A stretch of DNA of 64,000 nt. It comes from Thermoanaerobaculia bacterium (GTDB lineage: Bacteria; Acidobacteriota; Thermoanaerobaculia; Multivoradales; Multivoraceae). The notes beneath the pieces are model-generated. The model was not told the origin of the DNA. It saw only the letters and a program-made list of their open reading frames with translations, and made no database searches. This document shows positions 40,114 to 50,095 of this stretch, in pieces; position 1 is the stretch's first letter, and every line of letters begins with the position of its first letter. The translations under genes were made by a program, and so were the position numbers. The stretch lies in contig OY761158.1 in the NCBI GenBank assembly GCA_963664405.1, positions 544,001-608,000 of the forward strand, given 5' to 3'.

Positions 40114-40779
40114 TTACTTGAAACTGAGCCGACCGGTGCCCTCGCGCCAGCTCCAAAGTGCCTCGGAGCCTGAATCGTAGTCGGAGCGCTCGAAGTTCGC
40201 GACCCATCCCTCGCCGGGGCCCTCGGCGCCGAGGAGCGTCCAGGGTATGGAGAGGCTGGCGACCCAGAGCTCCAACTTGTCGTGATTGGGCTTCCCCGGG
40301 ACGAACATCGCTCCTTCGCCCACGACCATCGCCGACGTCTTCAACGGTTCGAGATCGGTCGCCGAAAGCCGGCTGAATCCTCCTTCTCGTGCTCGTCTGC
40401 CCCGCACCTGGCCCAAGGCCGAGAGCACGACGTCGACCCCATCACCCGAGGGAGATCTCAGCATTACTCGCACCTGGTCCTCCCCTGCCAGCCTGGATCC
40501 GGCGTCGACCACACTGGCGCTCAGCCGAGTGTCTTCACACTCGAAGCTCACTCGCAGCCCGTTGTCATCGTAGCCGACTCTCAGGCGGGTGCTGAGAGCC
40601 AACCCGCCGCCCTTCCGGAAGGCGATGCTCTTCGGGCGCAGGCTGGATGACATCGGCTTGATCGGGCCGTCGACGCGTTCGATGAGGAAGGGCTCCTCGT
40701 TCTGCGCCTCGGCACGAGGGCCAAAGGCGCATCCGGCGATGAGTGCTACGAGAGCGAAAGCGATTGTATGGTGGCGCAT
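40114..40779 (-). CDS. secreted protein, carbohydrate-binding family 9-like
   Basis: Signal peptide; YDDNGLRVSFECED, SIPW, WVANFER. Confidence 0.55.
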   Translation of the reverse strand: MRHHTIAFALVALIAGCAFGPRAEAQNEEPFLIERVDGPIKPMSSSLRPKSIAFRKGGGLALSTRLRVGYDDNGLRVSFECEDTRLSASVVDAGSRLAGEDQVRVMLRSPSGDGVDVVLSALGQVRGRRAREGGFSRLSATDLEPLKTSAMVVGEGAMFVPGKPNHDKLELWVASLSIPWTLLGAEGPGEGWVANFERSDYDSGSEALWSWREGTGRLSFK

Positions 40780-41004
40780 GGACCGGAGCTCCTGTGGACC
40801 AAGGCCGTGGATTGGCGGCACATCAGCCGAGGCTCAGAGCGAGTCGCCTCGAACCCTCATTCGATTGCGACTGACGAGTGTCGATTGTAGCCTCTATTGA
40901 AGAACCGTGGAGGTCGCCACATCGCGAAGATCACTCCGCCTGGAGAGGTAGTCATCACCAGTGCACCACCTCCTCGGCTCTGCGAAGTCGAGTCCTTCGT
41001 CACG

Positions 41005-41167
41005 AGTACATGCGGCCATAAGTACGGGTACGTTTCGAACGTCGATGCGCCTCGCCAGCAAGACGCGCGACTGAGGCGTACCTGGGAGTACGTCGCAGGG
41101 AGCGCAACGCCGCTGGAGAGGATGCAGCGGCGTTCCAAACGTGCCCGTACTTGTGGCCACATGTACT
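41005..41167. repeat. palindromic intergenic element 1 (37-bp imperfect terminal IR, structured core)
   Basis: agtacatgcggccataagtacgggtacgtttcgaacg vs cgttccaaacgtgcccgtacttgtggccacatgtact (33/37 complementary). Confidence 0.85.
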
Positions 41168-41271
41168 AGTAGCTTCCGTCGCAGTGTGGCTGTAGGACAA
41201 AAGATCTGTCCGTTTGCGATGACCCGGATGAGGAGATTAGACTGGTGAACCAATCCGTCTGGAGGTCCATG

Positions 41272-42375
41272 ATGATGAAACTAAAGGCGAGCCTGCTCAC
41301 GGCAGCCGCCCTCGCTGTTGTAAGCGCACCGCCCCTAGTTGCAGAGGCCGACGGCATCGCACGCACGGCGAGCGGGCACCCGAATTTGTCGGGCACCTAC
41401 AACGCCGCCACCCTCACTCCTCTGGAGCGCCCAAGAGCGCTGGGCGAAAAGGCCTTCCTGACAATCGAGGAAGCCAAAGCTCTCGCCGACGAGGAGCGCG
41501 ACGTGATCTCCAGGGCCTCAGCGCAGTCGGACGCCAACCGAGAGGCGCCGGCCGAAGGCGGCGCAAAAGTCGTCGGCCTAGAGCACACCGCGACCGGAGG
41601 CAATGAGTTCGGTGCCGGCAACGTCGGCGGTTACAACTTCTTCTGGATCGACCGCGGCAGCGATGCCTTCGCTATCGACGGTCAGCTCCCGACGTCAATC
41701 ATCGTAGATCCGTCCAACGGACGCATGCCAGCCATGAGGCCGGCAGCAATGAGGGAGCTGATGGCCCGGTTCTCGAGCTTCCTCCGCCCCAACGATGGCA
41801 CCGCGTGGTGGGTCACTCAGGATGGGCCTGGCCCCTATGACGGGCCCGAGTCGCTCGCGGTCAGCGAGCGCTGCATTGTCGGCTTCACCGGCGCCGCGCC
41901 GACCCTTCCCAGCCTCTACAACAACTTCAAGAGAATCGTGCAGACCGACGATGACATCATGATCCTTATCGAGATGGTCCACGACGCGCGCCTCGTGCGC
42001 ATGAAATCCGAAGGGCGCCCCGCGACGCACTTACCACCCGGCGTGAACAAGTGGCTCGGCGACTCGATCGGCTGGTGGGAGGGCGACACGTTGGTCGTCG
42101 ACACCACCAACTTCCACCCCCAGGCGGCAATGCGCGGCGGCTCGGAAAACACCCACGTCGTCGAGCGCTTCATGATGCAGCCGGACGGCAACGTCGTCTA
42201 TCGCTTCACGGTCGAGGACGACGGGGTATGGACGGCGCCATGGACCGGTGAGTACATCTGGCGGGCGAGCGACGATCGCGTCTTCGAGTACGCCTGTCAC
42301 GAAGGAAACTACGCGATGGGTAACATCATGCGTGGAGCTCGGCTACTCGAAAAGGAAGCTCTAGAAGCGAACTAA
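41272..42375 (+). CDS. secreted hypothetical protein (family shared with 44891..45910)
   Basis: Signal peptide; RTASGHPNLSG, TPLERP, GDSIGWWEGDTLVVDT, EYACHEGNY. Confidence 0.85.
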   Translation: MMKLKASLLTAAALAVVSAPPLVAEADGIARTASGHPNLSGTYNAATLTPLERPRALGEKAFLTIEEAKALADEERDVISRASAQSDANREAPAEGGAKVVGLEHTATGGNEFGAGNVGGYNFFWIDRGSDAFAIDGQLPTSIIVDPSNGRMPAMRPAAMRELMARFSSFLRPNDGTAWWVTQDGPGPYDGPESLAVSERCIVGFTGAAPTLPSLYNNFKRIVQTDDDIMILIEMVHDARLVRMKSEGRPATHLPPGVNKWLGDSIGWWEGDTLVVDTTNFHPQAAMRGGSENTHVVERFMMQPDGNVVYRFTVEDDGVWTAPWTGEYIWRASDDRVFEYACHEGNYAMGNIMRGARLLEKEALEAN

Positions 42376-42577
42376 GTCGAAGCCGACGCGAGGCCGCGTG
42401 CTTAGCCTCGCATGTGAGCAGGAGCTCAGACAGCTCCCGGTGAGGAGCGGCAAGCCGCACTTCATACGCACTCATCTGACCTACGGTAGCAGTCGCGGCA
42501 GAGCGCAAGTACGGGCACTCCTGAGGCGGGCCGGAATCACGTGCCTTCCGATTCTCACAATCCTACTTGTCTCTAAG

Positions 42578-43090
42578 CTACTCGCCGCGAAAGTTCAAAT
42601 CGGAAACGGTCCGGCCCATCATCTCGCGAATGCTCTGCCGCAGCTCCTCCGGCGTCGGTCGACCGACGAAGTACCAGCCGTTCCAGATCCGGTGGATCTC
42701 GAGGCTGGGCAGCAGTGCAAAGGTGAAGGGCACCGGTAACGGACCGTGCCGTTTGTCTGTGGTCTCGCGAATGCCAAGCTCGTCCGTCAGGCGAAGCTCC
42801 TCGTCGCTCAGGAACGGAAATCTCGCGCCGAGGCCGCAACGAAAAGCCTCCTGCACCCGCGGTGGATCGACCGAGATCGCGGCGACGCGGCAGTACGCGA
42901 CCTCGCTAGATTGGTGGAACTCGACCAGCTCCCTCAGCTGCAGCTGTCACTTCGGTCACCACGGCCCTCGATAGAAGGCCAGAATCAGGGGATTGCCGTC
43001 GGCAACCTCTGCGATGGAGACTGTCTGGCCCCGATCGCTGGTTAGAGGAAGCGACGGGAAGGTGTCACCGACATCGAGCCGTAGAGACAT
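42578..43090 (-). CDS. AhpC/TSA (peroxiredoxin-like) redoxin with two in-frame TGA codons, putative UxxU selenoprotein (170 aa)
   Basis: MSLRLDVGDTFPSLPL...LILAFYRGPW-TGA-PK-TGA-QLQLRELVEF...AISVD...FPFLSD...GRPT is one continuous frame. Confidence 0.8.
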
Positions 43091-43273
43091 GAGAAGTTTT
43101 TGAGGGAGTTTCTGTTTCCACAACCGGCGATCAACTCGAAACCGAGTAGATCGGCTCAGAACCCACCTACAGTACCGCATGACCTGCGTAGCGCGATTAC
43201 GTCAGCTGAGAGGATCGCCGAGAGCGGCGTTCTACTCCTTGCGATGCACCTTGGCGTATCGTTCGATGCCGTC

Positions 43274-43639
43274 CTACGCAGGCTGAAAGAGCTCGACTAC
43301 GTTGCCAGAAGGGTCTAAGCAAAGAATCTGTTTGCGCCCCCCCTGCTCCACAATGTCGTTCCTGAATTGCACACCATCGTCCTTCAGCTTGGAGACGAGG
43401 GACTCCAAATCATCAACAGTCAAGACGAACCTCGACCAGCCTCCCGGCTTGGGCGTGGCGCCATCTGGCATTGGCCTGGACGCTGATGCTGTTGGCCCCG
43501 CAACCCATAGCGTCAAGTCGCCATGTACCAAGATCGCGATCGCAGAGCCGTATTGCTGTTCGAGCTCAAAACCAAGCTTTGAAACATAGAAGGCAACGGC
43601 ATCATCTACGTCATCTACGATGTATCTTACTTGTGCCAT
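43274..43639 (-). CDS. VOC/glyoxalase family protein
   Basis: VRYIVDDVDDAVAFY, PGGWSRF, DPSGNVVELF; RBS GGAGG. Confidence 0.92.
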   Translation of the reverse strand: MAQVRYIVDDVDDAVAFYVSKLGFELEQQYGSAIAILVHGDLTLWVAGPTASASRPMPDGATPKPGGWSRFVLTVDDLESLVSKLKDDGVQFRNDIVEQGGRKQILCLDPSGNVVELFQPA

Positions 43640-43649
43640 CCTCGTCTCC

Positions 43650-43769
43650 TCCGTTCAAAGCTCCGTGAGCCGCGTATCCCATATGGGCATCCGGCAATAC
43701 CACCCCTGATTGCAGCTCGAAATCGCCGAGCTCGAAGCGGCCCTCGATCGGTGTTGGCTGGCTACTCAT
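43650..43769 (-). pseudogene. N-terminal fragment of a homoserine O-acetyltransferase-like alpha/beta hydrolase
   Basis: FELGDFELQSGVVLPDAHMGYAAHGALN, then an abrupt switch into the VOC gene RBS. Confidence 0.6.
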
Positions 43770-43889
43770 CGAGCAGATTATAAGCGGCCTTTCCTGTCGC
43801 CCTTCTGGGATCAGCGGCTCAGGGCTCGATTCCCGCTGTCGCAAAGCACCTCCTGAGGTCTCGGCCGTACCCCCATGAGAAGACTCTCG

Positions 43890-44807
43890 TCAAGGGTGCG
43901 GGAGAGGATCCCAGGCCCAGAAGGCGCCGAGCCACTCCTTGAAGGTCGCCGCCTTCGCCTCCCGCATCATGATCGCGACATGGGCGTAGCGGTGAAGCAC
44001 GCACCAGGCGCGGAGTGACCGGAGGAGCTCTCGGGTCGGTTCCACCCCCCGTCCCTCCAGCATCCCCCGCTCTGCCGCTTCGTCTCCGCGGGTGAGGTAG
44101 CAGGCCGGCGCGGCGAGCTCGTAGGTCCAGGGCCCGACGAACGCGTCCGCGAAGTCGATCAGTCCAACGATACGACCGCCACGCACGAGGAAGTGGTCGC
44201 TGGTCAGATCCGCGTGAAGCAACACCGGCTCCGCGGAGACTAATTCGGGCAGTGGGGTCACGAATCGAAGCAGCGCGGCTTCGAGCTCGTCGTCACCGCC
44301 CCGATCACGCTGGTCTTCACACAGCGCCGGCAGACGTTCCGCCACGAGGGCATCTTGGTCGATCTGCAGGTGTTCCAGTCCGGCGGTCGGCAGGTCGTTG
44401 AGCCGCGCCATCGTCTCCCCCATCTGCCGAGCGAAAGAGACGCGCTCCGAGGGGGACGACCGGGGCCAGACCTCAACTATGGGCTCGCCCTCGAGATGGC
44501 TCATCACGACATAGGGCCAGCCGTCTATCTCTCCAACATGCTCCAGCTGGGGAACGCGGATCTGCGCGCCCGTCAGATGCCGTAGGAGCGAGACTTCCAC
44601 CTCCGCGTCCTCGGGCCAGAGGGGAACGAAGACCTTCAGGACCGATCGCTTCGTGTGCCAGACCAGGTGCGTACCGCGGTCGAAGGGCCGGAGCTCCGAC
44701 GCGGAGAGCCCGTGCCGCTCGGCGATGGCAATCATCGCCCGGCGCTGGGCCCCGGTGTCGTGCCGGAGCGCGCGGTACTCCTCGATGGACGGAACGGGCG
44801 GCAACAT
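43890..44807 (-). CDS. aminoglycoside phosphotransferase / choline kinase family protein
   Basis: VLKVF, WPYVVM, LLHADLTSDHFL, LIDFAD. Confidence 0.85.
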   Translation of the reverse strand: MLPPVPSIEEYRALRHDTGAQRRAMIAIAERHGLSASELRPFDRGTHLVWHTKRSVLKVFVPLWPEDAEVEVSLLRHLTGAQIRVPQLEHVGEIDGWPYVVMSHLEGEPIVEVWPRSSPSERVSFARQMGETMARLNDLPTAGLEHLQIDQDALVAERLPALCEDQRDRGGDDELEAALLRFVTPLPELVSAEPVLLHADLTSDHFLVRGGRIVGLIDFADAFVGPWTYELAAPACYLTRGDEAAERGMLEGRGVEPTRELLRSLRAWCVLHRYAHVAIMMREAKAATFKEWLGAFWAWDPLPHP

Positions 44808-44890
44808 CCCGAAATCCTATCGACTCGCGCGCGGTTCCCAACTCACGCTCCCGGAGCGACGTAGATGAAACGCCCCGACCTCCTCAGCGA

Positions 44891-45910
44891 CTACTTCTCG
44901 GCGCCACTTTTCAAGGAGGTCTTCTCTTCGAGGGCGGCCTTCTCCTGGTAGCGGGCTCCGGACAGAATGTTGGGCAGTCCGTAGTTGCCCTCGTGACACG
45001 CGAACTCGTAGATCGGTCCCTCGATGGCGCGTAGCGTGTTCTCGAGAGTCCACGACTGCGTATAGCTCGCCGGATCGGTCACGGTGAGTGAGTAGTCGAT
45101 CGTATTCTCGTCGAATCGCACGAGGCGCTCGACCAAACGCAGGCCGGCCGTCGCGCCCATGAACGGGTTGCGGCCATCGAAGCCGGCCGTCTCGATCACC
45201 AGAGTGTCTCCTTCCCAGTGGCCACGTGAAGATCCGTCCCAGAGGGCGATGTCCTCGCCGAGGGCCGGCCGGCCGTCGAGGGGAACCAGGCGGATCTGCG
45301 GACCGTGCTCGCTGAGGATGGCCACGGTTTCGGGCGTCTGGAGGATGTGATGGTTGTGCAAATAAAGGTTGCTGGGAAAATAGAAGAAGCCGGTCATCAG
45401 GCAGCGGGTGGCGATGTGCAGATCCTCGTGCGAGTCGAGAGACCCGAAGCCGAGCAATTGGAGCGTCGACTTTGTGTTCCGCTGACGACCTTCCGGGGTG
45501 AATGGGATCTTGCCGTCCGGCGGGTCCACGACCAACGACGTGCGGCGACTGCGCACGACTTCAGTGCCTGGCTCGAGGAAGATCTCGGTCAGCTCACCGG
45601 TGGTCTTGCCCTCTGCCGTGCCTTCGACGAGGTTGAGGACGTTCTCGAGGCCGGTGCCCCGTAGCGCCTCAGCCTCCTCTTCGCTCAGGTGAGTCTTGTC
45701 TCCCAGCTCGGCGGAACGCTCCATGGGAGTGACGGTGGCATTGCTCCACAGGCCCTGGAGATCCGGATCGCCCCACTCGGTGCGAGGTGCCGTCTGCGCC
45801 TCGGCGGCAAGTACCGCGAACGCCGTCGTCGCGGCAACGGCGAGGGCGAGTTGGATAAAGATTCGTCGAGGTCTCATGCGCCGCCTCGCGGGGGCCGAGC
45901 GGCCGGCCAT
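44891..45910 (-). CDS. secreted hypothetical protein (family shared with 41272..42375)
   Basis: RTEWGDPDLQGLW, TPMER, GSSRGHWEGDTLVIET, EFACHEGNY; TGATG overlap with the upstream gene. Confidence 0.85.
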   Translation of the reverse strand: MAGRSAPARRRMRPRRIFIQLALAVAATTAFAVLAAEAQTAPRTEWGDPDLQGLWSNATVTPMERSAELGDKTHLSEEEAEALRGTGLENVLNLVEGTAEGKTTGELTEIFLEPGTEVVRSRRTSLVVDPPDGKIPFTPEGRQRNTKSTLQLLGFGSLDSHEDLHIATRCLMTGFFYFPSNLYLHNHHILQTPETVAILSEHGPQIRLVPLDGRPALGEDIALWDGSSRGHWEGDTLVIETAGFDGRNPFMGATAGLRLVERLVRFDENTIDYSLTVTDPASYTQSWTLENTLRAIEGPIYEFACHEGNYGLPNILSGARYQEKAALEEKTSLKSGAEK

Positions 45911-46551
45911 CAACCAGCCCGGACCAAGCCGTCCTGGTCGTAGTGGTGGACGCAGAAGAGCGCCCATGAATCTTCGAACGCCATTTCCAGCTCACCGTTC
46001 ACCGAGGTCGTGCCTCGTCCGATTGCCCCGTAGGTGAACTCGAAACTACCGCTCGGGCGCACCAGTGCAATGTCGAACGGTTCGCCATTGAACTCGTTGA
46101 TCATCGGTCTGCCGCTACTCTTCACGACGCCAGGGATGTCGACCTTCGCGGTCCTGAGCTCCAGGTCCACCTCGAGATCGATCGGCAGAAACAGTGTCTC
46201 GAAAAACTCCGAGCACAAGGAACCGAACACGGCGAAATGATTGCTGAGAGGCGCGCATGCCTCGCCCGCGACTATCGTCTCGAGAGCAATCCGCTGAGCC
46301 TCGTCCGCACGCTCGTCGACAACGATCTGGCGCTTCCCGTTTCCCTCGGCGATCTCACCGGGGAATATGCAAAGCATCGACCAATTCAGGCCCGAGAGCG
46401 GCGTGTCGTTGAAATGACCTTCCACGACGGTGCCGACGTAGGCGAAGTGACAATTGCCGTGTGTCGTGGGCTCGTTGAATTGACAACCACAGCTCACGGA
46501 GCAATTGCAGTTGTCGTAGGTATGGCTCCTGAACTCCCAATGGTCAGGCAT
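45910..46551 (-). CDS. DUF1326 domain protein
   Basis: DNCNCSVSCGCQF...PTTHGNC, VDERADEAQR. Confidence 0.82.
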   Translation of the reverse strand: MPDHWEFRSHTYDNCNCSVSCGCQFNEPTTHGNCHFAYVGTVVEGHFNDTPLSGLNWSMLCIFPGEIAEGNGKRQIVVDERADEAQRIALETIVAGEACAPLSNHFAVFGSLCSEFFETLFLPIDLEVDLELRTAKVDIPGVVKSSGRPMINEFNGEPFDIALVRPSGSFEFTYGAIGRGTTSVNGELEMAFEDSWALFCVHHYDQDGLVRAG

Positions 46552-46581
46552 CTCACCGATCCTCCCTGGCGGTTGTGGCAA

Positions 46582-46749
46582 CTAGTGGACCGTAACACTC
46601 GAACGTTTAGTGGCTGAGTGAGTCATTCGTGGTCGAGATCAAGGCGCGCTGACGCAGGCATAGCGGGGACTATGTCGAGGAAGCGTAACGCAGAGATCGG
46701 CCACGAGGGCCGCTCAGGCGCTAAACGTTCGGGTGTTACGGCCCGCTAG
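46582..46749. repeat. palindromic intergenic element 2 (~50-bp imperfect IR, CTAG at both ends)
   Basis: ctagtggaccgtaacactcgaacgtttagtggctgag vs ctcaggcgctaaacgttcgggtgttacggcccgctag. Confidence 0.85.
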
Positions 46750-46855
46750 CCTACTTGCAAGCCCATTGGCGGATCAAGCGCTGGAGATCCGCCATTTGCT
46801 TCCAACCCCGTCGTGTATCCTCTTCTCATCTGGCAAATTCGTAGCGTGAGGACAT

Positions 46856-47524
46856 ATGCAAAGCGTACTTTTTGGGGACCAGTTTCAGGAAACCCAGACC
46901 ACCGACCTGATGGTCGTTCAGAATCAGCATCTGGTGAAGGTCAATCTCGATGGAACCATCCACGCCAAGCAGGGCTCGATGGTTGCTTACCAGGGCGAGG
47001 TGAACTTCAAGTACAAGGGGGCCGGCGCCAAGCGTCTGCTCAAGAAGCTGGTTTCGGGCGAGGACTTCCAGCTCATGGAGATCACCGGCAAGGGCGACGT
47101 ATTCCTTGCCGATACCGCCCAGGATGTCTACCTCGTGTTCCTCGAGAACGAGGCCCTCTCGATCAAGGGCGACCACGTGCTGGCGCTTGATGCCGCCCTC
47201 AGCTGGGACATCAAGTTCAACAGGTTGGCCGGTATGCTGGCCGGAGGTTTAGTGAACGTCATCGTCTCGGGAACCGGTTGGGTCGCGCTGACGAGCCACG
47301 GTGTGCCGGTCGTGCTTCAGGTTGATCGGCCGACCTTGACCGACATCAATGCGACTGTCGCGTGGTCGACCAGCCTCGATCAGGCGATCAAGAAGTCAGA
47401 CAGCGTGTTCAAGACGGCCATCGGCAGAGGCGGCGGAGAGCTCTTTCAGATGTCCTTTTCAGGAGACGGACATGTGATCGTGCAGCCGAGCGAGGGCTTC
47501 CCGGTAGCGCCGTCCAGCGGATGA
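46856..47524 (+). CDS. AIM24 family protein
   Basis: AKQGSMVAYQG, GKGDVFLAD, GTGWVAL, VAWS, GELFQMSFSGDGHVIVQPSE. Confidence 0.9.
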   Translation: MQSVLFGDQFQETQTTDLMVVQNQHLVKVNLDGTIHAKQGSMVAYQGEVNFKYKGAGAKRLLKKLVSGEDFQLMEITGKGDVFLADTAQDVYLVFLENEALSIKGDHVLALDAALSWDIKFNRLAGMLAGGLVNVIVSGTGWVALTSHGVPVVLQVDRPTLTDINATVAWSTSLDQAIKKSDSVFKTAIGRGGGELFQMSFSGDGHVIVQPSEGFPVAPSSG

Positions 47525-47724
47525 CCCATGGGATGCCCGCGAGACCCCGGCGCCTTCTCAGTCGGCGGGCTCTTGAGGCTTTCGCGTAGCTAGCCCCCGA
47601 AGATGCTTGTTTGGCGCTGATCTCGTATCGCAGTTCGCCCGGAAAGGCGACTAGCCAAGGATTTCAGGTGCCCTGTCCACCACGAGGGTTGATCGACTCT
47701 AAACACCGCGGGGTGTACGGAGCG

Positions 47725-47889
47725 TCAATCGTCATCGCCACCGTCATCGCCGTCCGACGGGTCGTCCGTCCCTGAGAAGGGATCGTCGCGCTTGGCGTTG
47801 TCGCTGCGGTCCAGACGAAAACCTTTTCGCGCCACCGCGGCGACGATGGCAACGACGACGCCAATCGCGATCAAGAGCTCCAAAGACAT
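47725..47889 (-). CDS. 54-aa small membrane protein with an Asp-rich tail
   Basis: AAGGAGG RBS; MSLELLIAIGVVVAIVAAVARKGFRLDRSDNAKRDDPFSGTDDPSDGDDGGDDD. Confidence 0.6.
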   Translation of the reverse strand: MSLELLIAIGVVVAIVAAVARKGFRLDRSDNAKRDDPFSGTDDPSDGDDGGDDD

Positions 47890-48014
47890 GTTTCCTCCTT
47901 TGTCAGCGCGGACCAGGGTACTGCATTTGGCACCATCTCCTGTCGCCCTCCTGCTCCGAGGCCAGGACCAGGATGTCGCCTCTCACCCAGAAAGGCGTAT
48001 CTGGACTCCTCTGT

Positions 48015-48300
48015 CAAGGACTCCTCCTTTGTTTCTTCAGGAAGTTCGGGCGATCACATGGTCATTGCCTCCGGGGCGAGCTCGAGAGCGAATCCTAGAC
48101 GGTAGGTCTGACTGCAGTCGTATCTTCGGCCCGTTGGTGGAGCTTCTCTATGCTCCTGGCCAGGATGGATTCCGCGGGCGGGGAGCCAATCGACACACGG
48201 CCCTGAATAGGCCAGCCTTTCGTCGGCTCTCCCCCGCCCCGGTCCGACCGGTTCGCCATCGTTACGTCTCTCGAAGCAGTCACTGGGTGGGTTCTAGTAA
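48015..48300 (-). ncRNA. candidate bridge/seek RNA-encoding non-coding region of the IS1111-type element
   Basis: ~290-nt non-coding stretch between the transposase stop and the right IR, where IS1111-group elements encode their guide RNA; structure not computed. Confidence 0.5.
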
Positions 48301-48306
48301 GGGGAT

Positions 48307-49336
48307 CTACGCGGCTTTTCTTTCGATGGTGAAGTCTCGATCCTCGCGCCACACCGTCCAGGCAATGCGGGCGATCTTGTTCGCCAGCGCGACGGCGGCG
48401 CGGTTGTGTCCTCGGCGTTTCTCGACCTGCAGCGCCCACGTGTACAGAGGGCTTGGGTTGTGGACTCTCTTGGCCGCCAACAGACAGGACCGAGCGCCGT
48501 GAATCAGAAGCCACCGCAGGTACTCGTCGCCTTGTTTGCTGATGTGGCCGAGCCGACGCTTTTGGGCGGTGGCGTGCACGCGCGGGGTCAGGCCCAAGTA
48601 CGATCCAAAGCGTCGAGCCGAGGGGAAGCGGTGGATCTCGCCGACAAACGCCACCATCGCGGTGGCGGTGAGCGGGCCGATGCCGGGCACAGATTGCAGA
48701 TGCGCGACGGCGGGCATCGTCGGGGCCAGTGCCTCGAGCTGCTTGGAAACGCTCGCGCAGCGCCGCTCCAGCTCCCGGATCTCCTCACATGCTTCCGCCA
48801 GGGTCAAACGCATGGGGTCGGGCAGATCGTTGGCGTCATCTGCGATCAGCTCTCGTACCCGGGGCACTACGTTCTTGGCACCCTGGGCGATGAAGTGACC
48901 GTGCTCTCGCAACAGGCCGCGTACGCCGTTCAGCCGTGCCGTGCGCGTCTCCATCCAGGCCGAGCGCAACCGGTGCAAGGCCCCCACACCGCGCTGCTCG
49001 ACGGTCTTGATCGGCACCGGCTCGATCTCCTCGTTGCGGTCGGCTTCCAGCAGCGCCTTCGCATCCGTGCGATCGGTCTTCTTGTGCCGGCGACGGTAGG
49101 GCCGTACCAGGTGAGGCGGTAGCAGCACCACCTCGTGACCGAGCTTCTGGATCTCCTCAGCCCAGAAGTGGGCGGAACCACATGCCTCCAGAAGCACACG
49201 CGAAGCCTCGCGCTGCGCGAAGAACCGCAGAAACTTCTTCCGCGACAAGCGACACCGTTCGGCCACCTTCCCGGGAACGTGGGACACGGCGATCTCCAAG
49301 ACGTTTTTCGCCAAGTCGACGGCGATGGTCGTAGAC
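48307..49336 (-). pseudogene. IS110 transposase, start codon (52736) and RBS separated by IS21
   Basis: Rejoined N-terminus MQSTTIAVDLAKNV; EACG, KTDRTDA, PGIGP, GLTP, GHISKQGD, ALANKIARIAW. Confidence 0.9.
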
Positions 49337-49695
49337 TGTTGATGGCTGCGAGAAAGCGCATCCCGTTGGCTGCGAGCGCAGTTTCCGGGATGGAGTGAGC
49401 TGAGGGCTTCGCGACCGCGGGAAAGCTAGGCCTTCTTCAGGAAGGGCGGCATCATCCCGCCGGAACGGCGGTCCGGGTGCGTGGTCCCGGCGGCGTGTTT
49501 GCGGTCGGAAGAGATGCGTGAGTCGGTGTAGGGCTTTGCAGTGCGGGCTCTGCTCTGATAGAGCAGGCCGACCAGAGACGGCGAGAGCCCGGGAAAGCGA
49601 AGTAGAAAACGCCCCGGGCTCTGCCCCAAACCGCAGCATTAGCTGCGCTTGCAGTATGGCAGAGAGTCGGGGTCGTCGTCGAATGGGAGGCGACG

Positions 49696-50091
49696 ATGCG
49701 ACCGGACTACCGACTCTTCGACTGTGCTCGATGCCGTCGGCGTATCTCGCTGTGCTCGCACTGTGACCGTGGCCAGCGTTACTGCCGGGCTTGTGCTCTG
49801 GTGGCTCGTCGGGAATCGACTCGGGCGGCCGGCCATCGGTACCAGCGAAGCCTCCGAGGTCGGCATTGTCATGCCGCCCGTCAGGCCCGCTACCGTCGGC
49901 GCCAGCGCGAGCGGGCAGAGAAAGTGACGCATCAGGGTACCCCAGGCGGTACTTCGGGGAGGACACTGTGTCGGATCGAGACTCCGAGGCGCGAAGTGCG
50001 CTACGACCCGAGGAATCCGCGATGCATGCAGTGTGGAGAGGCCTGCCGAGAGTTTGTGCGAACGAGCTTTCGTCGTTGCCGACGGAGATAG
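49696..50091 (+). CDS. Cys/Arg-rich IS21 accessory ORF
   Basis: Same sequence as 15077..15472. Confidence 0.6.
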   Translation: MRPDYRLFDCARCRRRISLCSHCDRGQRYCRACALVARRESTRAAGHRYQRSLRGRHCHAARQARYRRRQRERAEKVTHQGTPGGTSGRTLCRIETPRREVRYDPRNPRCMQCGEACREFVRTSFRRCRRR

Positions 50092-50095
50092 GGGC

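Noticed and set aside
42578-43090. Simple pseudogene or two separate small ORFs
   Set aside because: Both stops are TGA and sit exactly at the redox CxxC positions with no other lesion, so Sec recoding is the better explanation.
43890-44807. Acquired aminoglycoside resistance gene
   Set aside because: Only generic APH/choline-kinase fold motifs are visible, with no evidence for substrate or mobilisation.
15832-49336. Inversion or composite transposon bounded by the two IS21 copies
   Set aside because: Each copy has its own matched 5-bp TSD and interrupts a gene that can be rejoined, so these are independent insertions.
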